A stretch of 64,000 nucleotides of DNA from Piedraia hortae CBS 480.64 (GCA_010093745.1 MU005959.1:114270-178269), one strand, 5' to 3'; positions 1 to 13,603 are shown, counted from the stretch's first letter. The notes: generated by a model from the sequence alone, not told the origin. A program made the numbers and translations.

Positions 1-215
1 AAAGACTGCAGCAGCAAGTTCAGCAAGTGCGTGTGGATAAGGATGAAGTGATTGCGAGTAAAGTCGCAGAGAACGAGAGGTTGCTGCAACAGTTGCAGCA
101 GATGAGGGAAGACGCTCAGGGAGACAAGCGCGCTCCTTTGCAACAAATCGAGTTCTTCCAACGTCAATATGAGAGTCTACAAGAGGAGTTGCGCAAGAAT
201 CAAAGGCCGAACTAG
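1..215 (+). CDS. 3' end of a coiled-coil protein (partial, runs in from the window edge)
   Basis: Q/E/L-rich heptad-like open frame ending at TAG 213-215; no start visible. Confidence 0.45.
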   Translation, partial: RLQQQVQQVRVDKDEVIASKVAENERLLQQLQQMREDAQGDKRAPLQQIEFFQRQYESLQEELRKNQRPN

Positions 216-2306
216 CCGCCGGATGTCAATCTAGAATGATCACAGAACGACCAGCGGGAGCACATGGAAAATTTGTATTTAGAAAGACTCAATGTGTGGT
301 GCACACAGTTGATATTGATCACTTTAGCTGTAGTAGCTGTTGTCATCAACCACCCCCTTCCTTGCCTCCTCGACGACTATCCTATTGATTATCAATCGCT
401 CCCCTTGGCCGTCGTGATCTTGGACTATCATGGACCCCGTTTACTGACACCGACCGATTTTTTCCCCATCTAAGCATCCCAGACCTTGCCATAAGTTAAC
501 AGAGGCGCAGTAAGACTTGGGTCTCGCGGGAAACTCGCATTACCAACAGATACCATCATAAAGTCTGCATCTCCATCTATTTCATTTTTCCACGCATGCT
601 TGGCCAAGTGCTCACTCCTACATCATAAAAGCTTCGCCCATTCTATCGTACTTGCAAAGCCTCTTCCATAGCCACATTATCTTTCAAAAAAGTCGAATAC
701 TCCGATATCATACCCACAGACAGAACCGATCCCAAGAACCCTCGCCAACACCACCTCTTTTGTTCAAGAAGATAACGAGCTCGAGTACTAGGGAAGAAAG
801 AGCCAAGAGGCTATCCAAGATGCACTGACCTGGACCCACGCTTCACAGACCTGCTACCTATCTGCGGGTATGTCAACGAGCTACAGGGAGGACTGAAATT
901 CCAACATGAAACCACCAACGAGGATACGAACAATTAAACCTACGATTAGACGACACGTAAGAGAGGACTATGAAAGACATTTGGCGTCTGCAGCACGAAA
1001 GCTGGCGCTAGGAAGTGAGAGGGTGGACTCCACATTTGAATGCCGCAGCTCGATGACGTCTGCGCCTGAGTCAACTCGTGGCTTACCACTCCATCACCAA
1101 TCTGACCACGGTGAACAGTCTTTCCTAGAAGTTCGGGTACCTAATCGCTGGGCAAACATGGCTATCACAATTTCACAGGCACTCTCGATTCGAATCCTCG
1201 TAAAACTTTCGGCAACCCCTCTCTACCACCCATTGACCAATTACAATAGCCAAGCCAACCCCCGTGCCATTACAAGGTACCTAACTTAGCTGAGCAAGCC
1301 CATTATCTCGAAAGTGTTGTGCAGTTCGCCACGGAGCGATCCGCAGGTGATGACCCACACCCCTGACCAGGGTTCGAGTACTCAAAGAAAATATTCTTGT
1401 AGCTTTAGATACGTGTGTATACTGACACACCTGTGAGGTGCCGCTGCTTATTAGAACAATATATATATATATATATTTGAAATACAGATGAGGCAAAAAG
1501 CTTTGCGTCTCTTGTGACCAAGATTATGGATATATGCGTATCGAGAGTTCTGTTCACCTTCGAGACAATAAAATAGTCACCTCATCTACTTTGAGCCCCA
1601 TGGACCCGCATGCTTCCACAAATGATCAAACATGTAATCACTGGCAAGCATATCCAGTCTCAATAATCCAGACCCATCAACAATGAAATCACGCTTGAGC
1701 AGTAGCGAAGAAATATTGGGTTTGCACAAAACAAAGAGGAGAGTTAGAAAAAAATATTTCTAAACCCGCGTTGGCGACGTTGCTGGGCCAATCAGACGTC
1801 CTAAGAAAACTAGCTGCAGGTGGAACGCGTAACTAAAGCGCATCATGCCAAGTAAACACGTACTTCACTCGCGCAACGAACATTTGAAAACGCAGTTGCT
1901 TATCGGACATCCATTGACGCGTTACAATTTAGACATGATACTCATGCGTTCATTCGACATTTCAGGTCAAATACGCAAACTTGAAACTCTATTTCGCTCA
2001 AATGCAAACTTTTACATGCCCAAATTCTGTCCAATAACGAACACTGTGCATGGCGTAACACATTATAGAGCTCCAGAAGATAATGCATGCCCGAAAAAAG
2101 GTACCTAGGCAACTTTGGTGCCGAAGCTAACCGCAAATCTTGGTCGACGAGTCTTGTACGGTCATCCTCATGCTTTTGAGTTGTCCGTTACACATGCCAC
2201 TAAGTGCCCACGTCGCAGTCAACGAAATCTTCAACAATGCCCTCAACAATACAATATCAATTTCTCCAACGACACATCTAACAACAACCCCTCTAACCCC
2301 CATCCT

Positions 2307-2534
2307 ATGAACGCCTCATCCTCAGGACCCAGCCAACAAGCGCGCACCAAAACCCAAACTCAACCCACGACTCATCAGCTCCAAACCCTTCCGCAACCCA
2401 TGCAAAACTACTTCATCCCCACCGACGAACTAACCTTCGTGGACGTTGACTCGGAATATGATCGCGACCCGCGTGTTTACAAACGTGCGGTGACTCCCAT
2501 CGATGTCGATTTTAAATACGTCGGCAATAAATAA
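2307..2534 (+). CDS. possible small hypothetical protein (MNASSSGPSQQ...VDFKYVGNK)
   Basis: ATG-started tail of ORF 2115..2534, followed by AATAAATAAA; no recognisable homology. Confidence 0.25.
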   Translation: MNASSSGPSQQARTKTQTQPTTHQLQTLPQPMQNYFIPTDELTFVDVDSEYDRDPRVYKRAVTPIDVDFKYVGNK

Positions 2535-4207
2535 ACCAGACCGTGGAAGTTTTCTTTTTAAAGACATGTTAATCGTAACGGTGGTGGTCATCATTCTAGA
2601 GAACGCTTTCATCTTGTTTGTTGCATGGTTTGATTGTGCTTATGCATTGGAGAGTTCGGTTGAGTAAAATAACGTGTGTGGGGTATGATGGTATATATTA
2701 CATACGAGAAGATTCCTACTGATACGTAAATCTGTTCATCGCTCATGAGATAACATCTCCATTTTAACATGATTAGAGTAGTGGACAATTGATCCAGGGC
2801 CTTGCAAAACTTGAGATGCTTCCAATCCTTGCTGCCTCCTCCTAGCGTGTCAAACTGCACAACAATGCGTAAGCCAACCCATCTCAGAACTAGCGTGCAA
2901 AGGCCAAGAGAAAGGCAACAAAAAAAGAGTAGCCTCCCAAACCGCTGTTTATCCATCTCCTCTGATTGCCATCCTTGTTCCACAGGTAACTTGTCTGTGT
3001 ATACCTCCAGGATGAATTACGAGAAGCGCGGCTAACGCAATAGGATCAGCAGGCAGCGTGACTTGGGCATTGGCAGGCTGGTCTTACAGCATTTCTCCCC
3101 CATGGTTTTGAATGAGCATTGGTCCACCTACCCCGACTGCGCCACTGGCCCAATATGATGTCGGGAGGTTGGGGTAATTATACTAAGCAAGGTGCACTGT
3201 GGTCAGCCGAGTATTAGCCGGATCACGTGAACTCACCCGAAGGGGCGGACGGAACCACTTGATTTTATGCTCACGTTAAATCGATGCTCACAAACATGCG
3301 TTTCGTTATATATAGTTGAAGGATTTGTCACGTGATGACCATGAACAAGGTCTCCTCATGTATGCAGTATACATAACTACATACATGTTTACGTCTCAGT
3401 ATACTCGAACTACCAGTTCGTCCCCTTTAACTTATTTGACCACTGGCTGATGTCAGTGCACAAGTGTTGGGGAAAGGGAACAAACACGCAAAGGATATTT
3501 CGGTCGCTATGGCTATGGGAAATAATGGCTTCTGCCTGGTTACGTTCAACTTTTCACTCTATATCACCAGTTGAGATGGATTGGCTGTTGGGTTTTCTTT
3601 TCTGCTGGGGGAGTTATGGTGTTTAGCTTTGTGTACTGCTTTGTGAGGTTTGGAGGTTAAATTACGCTTTTCGATGGCCTGATGGTTCTTATTGTCTAAG
3701 GTGGAAGTCAATGGAGGTTTTCCTTTGGATGTTTGGGCCTGTGACGGAAATATACGCCTACTATGGTCGCCTTTGCTTAGTGTTCAATTCGTGCCTGAAC
3801 GTTTTCGTTTTACGCAAAGAGCCTAGGCTTAAGCGTTAGTCAGATTATATCATCTTAGACATAAAACTTCTAAAAGCACAATTCCTTACAGTACCTTGCT
3901 CGCTTACATTGTCAATGACTCGTTGTTCTTTGTTCGGTAAGAGGAAGAGATCGAGCATCATTATGTCAACACCAAAGTTAACGCGATACACTCTCTACGC
4001 TTGCACATCCCAGACGAAGTCAGAGCTTACAGCAGACAGCTCTACGTAGTTCACGTAACCACGTCAATTCTCATACCTCTTCCCTCATACTGCTTCCATC
4101 AACCCATCCAGCCAGCCCCAAAAGCCCCCCCCCCCCAAAAAAAAGCCCACAGCCCAAAACACCCACCCCATGCCATCAAACCATACAAAAGTAAAAGGGT
4201 ATAACAA

Positions 4208-5278
4208 CTACGACCTCCCCGCCATCATAGACGGATACTTAACATTATCCTTCCCCGGCGGGGGCGGCATAGCTTTAGCCTTTTCCTTCCCCTTCTCCAA
4301 CAACAACGAACTCCTAGCCTCCTCCACCATCTCGACACTATCATGCGCTTCCCTCCCCGCCTTAGCATTAGCCATCCTCAGCTCCTGATCCATATTATCC
4401 AGCGGCTTCGGCTTCCCCCACTGAACCTTAAGGGGCACTCCCTGAACAATCGCGCGGCCCTGACACGCAGCAGCAGCGGCCTCAGCCGCAGGCCGATCAA
4501 CATAATTAATAAACGCGCAGTGCGAGCGATGCGAGCACACGACCGAGCGCAGCGTCCCATATTTCGAGAAGTGAACGCGGAGGGCATGTTCGGGGAGATC
4601 ATCATCAACACCCGTAACAAAGAGTGACGTGATATGCACATCTGCGGGGGGTAGAATATCTTCTGGACGGGGAGCATTACCTCCCTTGCGGGGGGCTACC
4701 CTCCTTACCGGACCGGGGGCTGCTGAGCCTGGGGCGGCTTCTAACGCTAATCTTTCTTCTCGCTTCTTCTTATGGTATGGTTGCGTACTTGCTAGTCGCC
4801 GGAGGAGGTCTCGTGCTTTTTCGTCCGTCTTCTCGTAGCCTTCGAGGCCGCGGCCTTCTTCGATGGCGCGTTCGTGGTTCTGGGCGAAATATTCTCTGTT
4901 GATGGAGCTTTGGGGGCCGGGAGCGACCATTTTTAGGGCTGCGTCACGGATGGCGACGGAAAGACCGAAACTGAGGTCCAGCATGCAGCATTGGCAGGCG
5001 TTTTTGAGGCGCGCGCAGGTGAGGCAAATGCCGGTGCGCTTTTGTCGCGATGTGCGGTCTGCTTTCCATCGGAAGACGGTAAAGGGTCGGGTGCAGAGTT
5101 TGCATTCGGCGCCGTAGTCTTCTTTGAGCATTTGTACGAACGGGTTGTCGGGGAGGCAGCGTTCGCATACCGATGGCCTGGGCGGGTTAGTATCGATGAT
5201 TAGCATGGAATGTAGGGAGGCTTACATGTCGGTCGTCTCCCATCCCGAGCGGTTAATCTCTTGCTTGATCTGCGGCAT
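4208..5278 (-). CDS. SLT11: pre-mRNA splicing factor Slt11/Ecm2/Cwf5 (RBM22 family), 2 exons; intron 5178-5225
   Basis: Spliced N-terminus MPQIKQEINRSGWETTDMPSVCERC; CKLCTRPFTVFRW and CARLKNACQCC zinc motifs; RRM (SLFVTG...CAFINY); GTAAG donor, CTAAC branch, CAG acceptor. Confidence 0.93.
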
Positions 5279-5305
5279 TTTGACGGATCGTGTGAGGTTT
5301 CGTAG

Positions 5306-5362
5306 ATGTGACGAAAGATGTGACGAGAGATGTGACTCTACATGTGATCACCAGGAGGTGAC
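5306..5362. repeat. short imperfect tandem repeat of (GA)TGTGA(C) units in the SLT11/ERG6 divergent promoter
   Basis: gatgtgacgaaa gatgtgacgaga gatgtgactcta catgtgatc ... gtgacg. Confidence 0.6.
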
Positions 5363-5442
5363 GTGTGTCTGTCAAACCCTAAATTACGTCAGGAAACCCT
5401 AATCAGCCAACGGCAGAAATTGTTCTTCCCGACAGGCACCAG

Positions 5443-6570
5443 ATGGCGCTGGAAAGAGAAGACTTTGAGCGCGATGCGGCGTTTCAGCGGGCAATGCATG
5501 GTAAGACTGCCGAGGAGCGGAGGGGGTTTCTGGCAATGATTGGTAAAGACCACGGGGCGCATAAGGAAGCATCGGACCAATACTTTAAGCACTGGGACAA
5601 CAAGACATCGGCCGACGAGACAGATGAGATCCGGCAGGCGCGGCGGGACGAATATGCCACCTTAACCCGCCACTACTACAATCTGGCCACTGATCTATAT
5701 GAGTACGGCTGGTCGCAGTCGTTCCACTTCTGCCGCTTCAGCAAAGGCGAAGCATTCAAGCAAGCTCTCGCCCGGCACGAGCACTACCTCGCACTACGGA
5801 TGGGTATGCACGAGGGCCAGCGCGTGCTGGATGTTGGCTGCGGCGTAGGCGGACCGGCGCGCGAGATCGCCAAGTTCACGGGGGCTTCGATCGTCGGACT
5901 CAACAACAACGACTACCAAATCCAGCGTGCAACAGCATACACGCAGAGAGAAGGCCTAGCCGACCGCGTCAGTTTTGTCAAGGGCGACTTCATGCAAATG
6001 TCGTTTCCCGACAACAGCTTCGATGCCGTGTATGCCATCGAGGCAACAGTCCACGCGCCAAGCCTCGAGGGCGTCTATAGCGAAATCTTCCGTGTGCTGA
6101 AACCTGGCGGCGTATTTGGAGTGTACGAATGGCTCATGACGGCCAAGTACGACAACTCCAACCCGCACCACCGCGAAATCCGGCTGGGAATCGAACAGGG
6201 CGATGGCATCAGCAATATGGAGCGTGTTGACGTTGCTTTGAAGGCCATGGAGGCCGCCGGGTTTATTCTGGAGTCGCACGAGGATCTTGCTGACCGTCCA
6301 GATCCGTTGCCTTGGTACTATCCCCTCTCGGGTAATTTGAAATACATGCAGAGCATCTGGGACTTGCCCACTTTGGTCCGCATGACGCATGTTGGTCGTG
6401 GTCTCCTGGAACGTGTCGTCGGAGTGTTGGAAACGGTTGGTCTCGCGCCAAAGGGCACTCGCAAGACGGCAAACTCGCTTGCCGTAGCTGCTGATTGTCT
6501 GGTTGCAGGTGGGCAGGAGAAATTGTTCACCCCAATGTACCTCATGGTGGGGAGGAAGCCTGTTCATTAA
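5443..6570 (+). CDS. ERG6: sterol 24-C-methyltransferase
   Basis: YEYGWSQSFHF, VLDVGCGVGGP SAM motif, AIEATVHAP, LKPGGVFGVYEW; intronless 375 aa. Confidence 0.97.
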   Translation: MALEREDFERDAAFQRAMHGKTAEERRGFLAMIGKDHGAHKEASDQYFKHWDNKTSADETDEIRQARRDEYATLTRHYYNLATDLYEYGWSQSFHFCRFSKGEAFKQALARHEHYLALRMGMHEGQRVLDVGCGVGGPAREIAKFTGASIVGLNNNDYQIQRATAYTQREGLADRVSFVKGDFMQMSFPDNSFDAVYAIEATVHAPSLEGVYSEIFRVLKPGGVFGVYEWLMTAKYDNSNPHHREIRLGIEQGDGISNMERVDVALKAMEAAGFILESHEDLADRPDPLPWYYPLSGNLKYMQSIWDLPTLVRMTHVGRGLLERVVGVLETVGLAPKGTRKTANSLAVAADCLVAGGQEKLFTPMYLMVGRKPVH

Positions 6571-6689
6571 GTAAATAGCCTAGTAATTATACCGCCTAAT
6601 ATATATCATCCTGGGGCATTAGTAGTTGGCCGGAATTATCCTCTTGTATAACTCCCTCGTAGACACATCACTCCCGTTAGGATGACAGG

Positions 6690-7407
6690 CTACTCAACCT
6701 CCCCAACATCCCCTGCAACACGGTCGCAAAACCCCACCATTCGAACATCCTTCATCGAAATGCCCCGAGGCCGGTGCGTGGTCCAGGTGACGTTGACTTG
6801 ATTGTACACATTACTCCATTCGGGGTGGTGGTTTGTCTTTTCGCATTCGCGCGCGACTTGGGTCATGAAGTTCTGTGAGATTATCAGTCTATGTTTCCCT
6901 CTTTCGTAGCGTCCCTCTTCCATAGGTATCTCTTCTGCATCGGGATCTGTGGTCCTCTGCGTAGTGTTTTTCTCCATCGAAACAAATCTACGTAGGGCCT
7001 TCTGGTTCCTTTCCTTGGGAAATCCCATCGAAACCCATCCCTCTCAGTGCTGAATTTCTACCACAGAGCTATCCCCACGGGTATATCCTATCCATCTCTA
7101 CAGCTATCCCCAAGGAGCCCCGACCCAAACCCCAATCGAGATGAATACTTACCCAAGCCCCCCCAAAATCCCCAAACTTGAACCGCCTCTCCAATCCCGC
7201 TTTCGTACTCGTAAGCGCCCACTTCTTCCCATCCAGAACCTGTTCGATGGACTTCGTGAGCGTCGTAATGTCCTCTTCGGAGGCTTTCTTCGATTTCGCG
7301 ATGAAGAACGGTGGCTCCCCCAAGGTAAAGGCTCGTTGGAGGGGTGGTTTATAGATGGGGAGACTCCTCGTGAGGAAGAGAGCTCTTAATGTTTTCTGCA
7401 TAGACAT
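6690..7407 (-). CDS. pterin-4-alpha-carbinolamine dehydratase, 2 exons; intron 6873-7152
   Basis: Joined exons read LERRFKFGDFGGAW|NFMTQVA...NHHPEWSNVYNQVNVTWTTH, the PCD/PhhB signature; GTAAGT donor, CTGAT branch, CAG acceptor. Confidence 0.9.
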
Positions 7408-7635
7408 TGTTGATGGAGACGGTTCGAATCCACCACGAAGCTAAACAAATCAAACTTTCTTCACAATCGAACTACACACCATTAAAGATGCCAAAGGCTC
7501 TCCCCCATGTTATCACCCCACAAGGAAATACATCCGTGAAATCGATATGTTACGTCTCCTTTTTACTAGGTCATATGCACACCCCCGCCCCCAAACAACC
7601 CCCCTCCCCCCTTTCCCCGTCGGTCGTCCCCCCTC

Positions 7636-8819
7636 CTAAACCCTCAACAACTTCCCCGTATACTCCGCAATTAGCCCCTCGGTAGGAAAACTCATCTCCT
7701 CCAACTTCTGCGCGTACGGGGTCGGGACCTCCGCGCCCGTAATCCTAATAGGCGGAGCATCGAGATGCTGAAACGCATACTCGCATGTCAGTGCGATAAT
7801 CTCCGCTGCGACGCCAAAACTCGGGAATCCCGACTCGACCGCAACAAGATGTCCCGTCTTCTTCACGCTCTTCACAATCGCCTCGACATCAAGAGGTTTG
7901 ACAGAACGGAGGTTAATAACCTCCGCTTCGACACCGTATTTAGATTTGAGCTGGTCGGCCGCCACGAGGGTTTGGCCCACGCAGCGAGAGAGGGTCACCA
8001 TCGTTACGTCCTTTCCCGGACGCTCGATTTTGGCTTTGCCGAACTGTTTTCCTGGGTTAGTTTGGAGGTGTGGGAAGGAAGGGGTTGATAAGGGAGGGGG
8101 AGACGTACAGGGATGGTAAAGTCGTTGCTCTGAGCTTCCGGACTCATGGGAAAGGAGAGGCCGTATAGGAGTTCGTTTTCGAGGACGACGACGGGGTTTG
8201 GGTCACGGATTGCGGATTTGAGGAGACCTTTGGCATCCTCCGAAGACCAGGGCGCCACGACCTTGAGACCCGGGATGGAGCCGTACCAGGCACTATAATC
8301 TTGGGAATGTTGCGCTGCGACGCCGGCTGCGAAGCCGTTGGGACCGCGGAAGGTGACGTTGCAGGGCTGGATTCCGCCGGACATGTAGTGGGTCTTGCCG
8401 GCAGAGTTGATGATCTGATCGATGGCCTGCATGGCAAAGTTGAAGGTCATGAATTCGCAGACAGGGTGTAGTCCAGCCAAGGCGGCGCCGACCATAAGGC
8501 CGGCGAACCCGGACTCGGTGATGGGAGAGTCGATTACGCGTTTCTCGCCGAACCGGTCAAGTAGACCCTTGGTGACTTTGTAGGCTCCATTGTATTGGGC
8601 GACTTCCTCGCCGAGGACAAATACGCGGGAGTCTTTCTCCATTTCCTCCGCCATGGCATCATTCAGTGCTTCGCGGACGGTGACTTCTTTCGTGCCCGCC
8701 GGCGTCGCGTACGCTCGCCATTGCAGCGCAGCCGGTCTTGTCGCTTTGCACTGCTTGAGGAGGGTAGACGGGGCGGGACGGAGTAGTCGGGATGCTGGGC
8801 GCATGAGAGATGCCGCCAT
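7636..8819 (-). CDS. PDB1: pyruvate dehydrogenase E1 beta subunit, 2 exons; intron 8044-8108
   Basis: [39 protein letters not shown]; spliced [12 protein letters not shown]; mitochondrial-type presequence. Confidence 0.97.
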
Positions 8820-9011
8820 TTTGTCGAGGTGGAAGCTTGAGTCCAAGAGCCTTGGATGCAAACTGATCCCAGCAACTAAAGATTCGGCCCGGGCCGGCAG
8901 CCCCACCTGGAAATATTCCGCACACAGATACTGTAGAAAACTTTTTACGTGAATGAACAGCAATGTCTACACAGCATTGGCTATCATCAGTACTGCTAAT
9001 ATATACATCGC

Positions 9012-12000
9012 TCATACCATAGCCTTAATCGCAAACCCAAATAACGAATCCATGCTGACCCAACCCCAACCACTCTTCTCCAAATAACTCCTCACCACAT
9101 CCGCACATATACCAAACCTCTCCCTGTTCATATCCGCCAGGACCTTCCCCTTCTCATCCTTTTCAGGTTTAATTCCTACGGGGCTCGACTTGTCAACGTC
9201 AAACAGTCGCTGAAGGAAGAGCAGCTGATTGTAAAGCGCCTTTTCCGAGTACTCGAACCGCATCTTGCCGCTACAGCCATGTGCGAGGCAGTTTGGTCCC
9301 AGACACCGTCGTCCGTAGACACTCATCTGTCTCGTACGCATGCCGCAGGCCGCGTCATCGCAGACGAGCCATGCATCGTAGTAGCGTGAAGTGTGGCGGC
9401 GGATTTGCGTTTCCAGCTGGGCGGTTAGAGTCAATGTCGACATTTGTTTCTGACATTCTGGCCTAGGACAGGCGAGGCCGTTGCTTGTAAGTACACCTGC
9501 GGGAGTTCCCTGCTCTGCAGACACTGGAGAGAAGAGTCCGCGAAATTCAAAGTGATGTTTACAGCCAAGACAGAGCAAGTTCAGGACCTCGCAGTCTTTG
9601 AAACGGATGTGGTCTGGGATCTGGCTTTCCAGTGATGTGATTTCGTTGCCGCGGTCGGCGCTTCCCGATGCGTTTGATACGCGATACTTCGAAGTGTCCA
9701 GACCCAAACACTCGGCTAAGCGGGTGATGTTTGTGCCGTCAATAGGCGCACAGAGTCGCTCTACTGGAGGTAAGATCTGCTTATGCAGGTAGTAGTCCAC
9801 GTCTGGTATGAGATTACTGTCTTTGGCAAGTACCTCTTCAAGAGGATGGGCGTTTTGGGCAGCTTTTTCGGCTGAGCCGTTGTTCTCGCCGCAGATGATG
9901 AACGCCATCACATCATTGGCTTTGACAGGCTTGCCTCTGGCCATCAGCTTCAATGCAACCTGAACAGAAGGCATGCTGTTGCCGTTGGGGTAATCCTTAG
10001 GCGCCTTGCCAAGCTGCGTGTAGATCGTGTATTTGTGCGCAGGTATACCGTTGTTCCGCATCTTCTTCCCCAGTGCTCTGAGGTGGTCGTGGATTTGACT
10101 GACAACCTTTTCTGGATCCTCCCCAGACAGCAGATAGCTGAGCAGCTCACTACAGTTGTTAGCCATATTCCCCTTTCCTGATCCAGATCAACCCACCTCG
10201 ACGTGTCCTTGGACAACTGGCAATACTCTCTACGCTTCATATCAAGACCCTTGACCTCCATCTTTTGCGTCCACACACCGTCCGTCTCCACCATATTGAT
10301 GGCAGCATACTTCTTCTTCGCATGCAGGAGCAATCTACGGAAGATGTTATCAATCTCAATCTCCAGCAGCTCATACTGCTCATTGACGGCCTTTTTGAAT
10401 TCATTGCCCAGTTTGATGGCGTCCTGGATGTTGTCTTGGTTGGTGTTGACCATGACCGAGTCTGTGTCTCCGTAGATGACACGCAGCGCATGAGCAGACT
10501 CGGCAAGGTCTTTGGTGCTTTGCAGAATTTCTCGACCCTTTGCAGTGGTCAGAGCGGCAAGAGGTCGCGCGTAGAAACGGGATCTGGCGTATCCAAGACA
10601 GCCGTACATGGAGTTGGCCGTCAGCTTCAACGCCTGCTGCTTGACATCCCAAGTCTGGTACTGTTCATCCGAGATGCCTTTACCTTTCATCAGCTTCTTG
10701 ACCTCTCTTCGCCGACTGACCAAGGTGCGAATCAGCCTGGGAAGTATGCCCTTGTTCGTCACATCATCCGGAACATCTGGGATGCGATCCTCTCCCTCCT
10801 TGATATCTCCGCGCTCGACCGTGGTAAAGCAGATGTTGTATTCCTGGATAATGGACGGGTAAAGCGAATTAAAGTCCATGACGAGGACAAACTTATCATA
10901 GAGGCCTTTTTCCGGCTCAAAGACTAGGCCTCCCTTGTACTTGTCTTTTTTCTTGCCGGCGTCCTCTCCATCGTCGGTCGCTTTCTTTGCCGGACCCTTT
11001 CCATACACCTTGTCTGGACAAATATACTTGCCGCGGTGGAACTCATGCAGCAAAATGTATTCGTTCCTCTCTGCTCTTGTGCCGCTCAATGTCCTAGCCC
11101 AGCTGTTCCCAGCAAGGTTGGTGAGGACTTTTGTCAACGGCAGAAGCTGACGTTTGAGAGCGAGGGCTGCTATGAAATACGTATCGGCTTCGCAGAGTCT
11201 GACGTAGTTCATGAGTCCTTCCCGAGTGCTAGCCATGGCCAGAGCCTTGTCATTGTCAATGTCCCGACGCAGGTTGCTGCCTCCGAGATACAACTTGACC
11301 ATCTCGTCAAGACTCCACGATTGACAGCCAGTCATGATGCTCTTGCCCATGTCATTTGCCAAGTCGACCAAAAGACGACCGGCAGCGATGTGACGCTCAA
11401 CAAAGATGCTGGCACCGCCTTTGCCAATGTTCTTGGGCCATTCTGACCGTTTCAATCTGCCAATTCGATGCCATCCGGGAGTCTTGCGATCCCTCATTCG
11501 AGTTAATAGCACATTGAAATCAACATCGTCCAGTCGGTGTCCCAAAATGGCATCGGGATCGTAACGTTGAATAATTGCCAGCATTATTGAGAGCAACGCG
11601 CCTTCGTTCCTTTCAGCTTTGATTTGCCCCCGATGCTTCTCCGCCTCAGCCTTAAAGCCAAGCGGGTATTCGCCGTGCGGACGCATGATGGTGAACGTCC
11701 GACAAGGCAGCTGTTCAGGCGGCCTTGTATCCGTCAGCGAAACGTTCTCGTAAAAACGAAGAGAGGCAACCAAAATCTCATTTTTGTTTTCTTTTGTGTT
11801 CATAGTTGTCCGGATGGCAAGAGACATGAGGGTAAGAGGCGGTGCCTCGAGGTTGTCTGCATCGCCCAGCGTCTCAATGTTGTTTGGTCTGTCGACCAGC
11901 AGCTCAAGCTTACACCAAGAGGCGTTGCTGACGGCGTTGAAGTTGGCATTCTTAATCTTCAGCCAGCAGGGCCCCATGATATTCTTCCACATGACAAACT

Positions 12001-13452
12001 GCTCAAACAAGGCAGTATTTGTGCCAAAGACGTGGGAGAACGTCTCACCCGTAATGTCCATGGGCAAAACTGGCTTGTCGTACGGGTATAGGAGCTTCAA
12101 ATACTCCGCCTCTTTTGGCACATCTGCCATTTCAAAGGCATACTTTCGTGTGCTGGGCTTGATCTTGTGCATGCTGACTCGGTATTTACTCATAAGCCCA
12201 TCGACTTCTTGGTAAACATCGTTCATCTCGATTTCTTCGTCTGCCACCACCCCATGACGCATGCGATGCTCTCGTGGTAAGAAATATAGCTTGCGTAGGA
12301 TGTTGTCTACTTTGACAAAACAGGACACGTAGTCTCCGGTACTGCAATTCTTCACTTTGCCAAAGAGACAGAGGCTGCCGTTGACTTCCGTGTAGTCTGT
12401 CCAGAAGAAGCGTAGTGTTCCGTCGTCCTCTAGGGCATCCTTGGCCGCAATCTTCCCAGGCACGTGGGTGTCGGTAGAGCTGCTCAGGATGTTCAGCTTC
12501 TCAGTCACGTTTGTAATGGCAGAGATGTCAAGGTCGTTCCGCACAGGTGAAGAGCTGCCAGGAGCGGGTATTGCTCTGACAGCTGGGGGCGGAACTGGAC
12601 GGCTTCCTTTGATATTTAGATTGTTCGTCTTGACCGATGCATGGCCCTGAATCTCGGCAACCTCCATCATTTCGTCGTCTACCGTTTCCTCAATCTTAAC
12701 AACGGGCTGTTCTATTGCCTTTGCCAGGGGCGACGAGGGCATCGGCATGTCATCATCTGGCTGCATCATGAATGTATCGTCATCATAGTCCTTATAAGTA
12801 GAAGCCCCCGGCAGAGCTGGTTCTCCATCTCCAGAGTCATTTGCAGCTCTGGTGTCGATGAATGCTTTCTTCTCAGGCGCCGGCGAGAGCACGCGGGTTT
12901 TGCAACGATCACCGCTCTTCACCGGCTTACCAGAGGACAGAGACCGCGAAGGGACATTTGTATTTACTTCATCCAAGATTCCAGCCATAAATTCGTCATC
13001 TTCCTTCAACCTGGCTGGCTTAGGCTTGGCCTTGGGAGCGGCAGCCGCGTTGGCGAAGAACTTGGTGATGCCCTGATTCGCTTTTTCCCGGCGCTCTGCC
13101 TCTTCTTCGCGCTTTCTTTTGGCTGTAACACGTCAGCTTCGTCTTTGGCTACGCTGAATTTCGTACCGGCTTTGCCACGCTTGGGAGAGTCATCTTCGCT
13201 GTCAGTTTCGTCGTAAACGTCCTGTTGATCCTGCCAGTCCTCGCGCCCATCGTCTACGTAACCCTCGCCATTGTCATCAACCACAAAGTCGTCTTGGTCC
13301 AGTCGGCTGCGGACTATCTTCTTGTAACCTTCGTCATCAACTGTCTCGTAGATGTCCTTGGCTTCTTCCACCTGGTAGCTGTCAAACCCAGTCTTTCCCT
13401 TTGCCCTCAGTTCGCGGATTTGTGCCAGCCGTTCTGCGCGAGTCGGCGCCAT
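9012..13452 (-). CDS. POL1: DNA polymerase alpha catalytic subunit, 3 exons; introns 13123-13166 and 10150-10196
   Basis: DDFVVDDNGEGY N-terminal motif; family B motifs DFNSLYPS, KLTANSMYGCLG, YGDTDS; C-terminal Cys zinc finger; both introns restore the frame. Confidence 0.97.
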
Positions 13453-13489
13453 ACTGGGAAGCTGGCGGGGGTGCTCTATCCAAGGGTTG

Positions 13490-13535
13490 CGACGCGCACG
13501 CGTTCTGGCGCGTCGCGCGTCTGATCGCGTATAAA
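13490..13535. promoter_or_regulatory. cluster of MCB-like (ACGCGT/CGCGT) elements upstream of POL1
   Basis: ACGCGT at 13498-13503 plus three further CGCGT cores within 30 bp; POL1 is an established MBF target in yeasts. Confidence 0.6.
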
Positions 13536-13603
13536 GTGCGGGGGCACCCGGACCAATCATCGTCTGAGTCACCACTGTCAGGGCATTGAGTCTTTTTGCA
13601 TTG

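Noticed and set aside
1365..1380. GACCAGGGTTCGA, matching the tRNA-Asp T-arm/B-box
   Set aside because: No A-box, acceptor stem or cloverleaf around it
3740..3890. Possible mini solo LTR (TGTGACGGAA...TTCCTTACA)
   Set aside because: Only 151 bp, weak inverted ends, and flanks GGGCC/GTACC are not a convincing TSD
5956..6567. Long antisense ORFs over ERG6, POL1, SKI2, XPT1 and others
   Set aside because: Expected shadows of codon bias in GC-rich coding sequence
9950..10200. Apparent split/frameshifted POL1 (similarly PDB1, ERG2, the GDS1-like gene)
   Set aside because: Canonical introns restore the frame in each case
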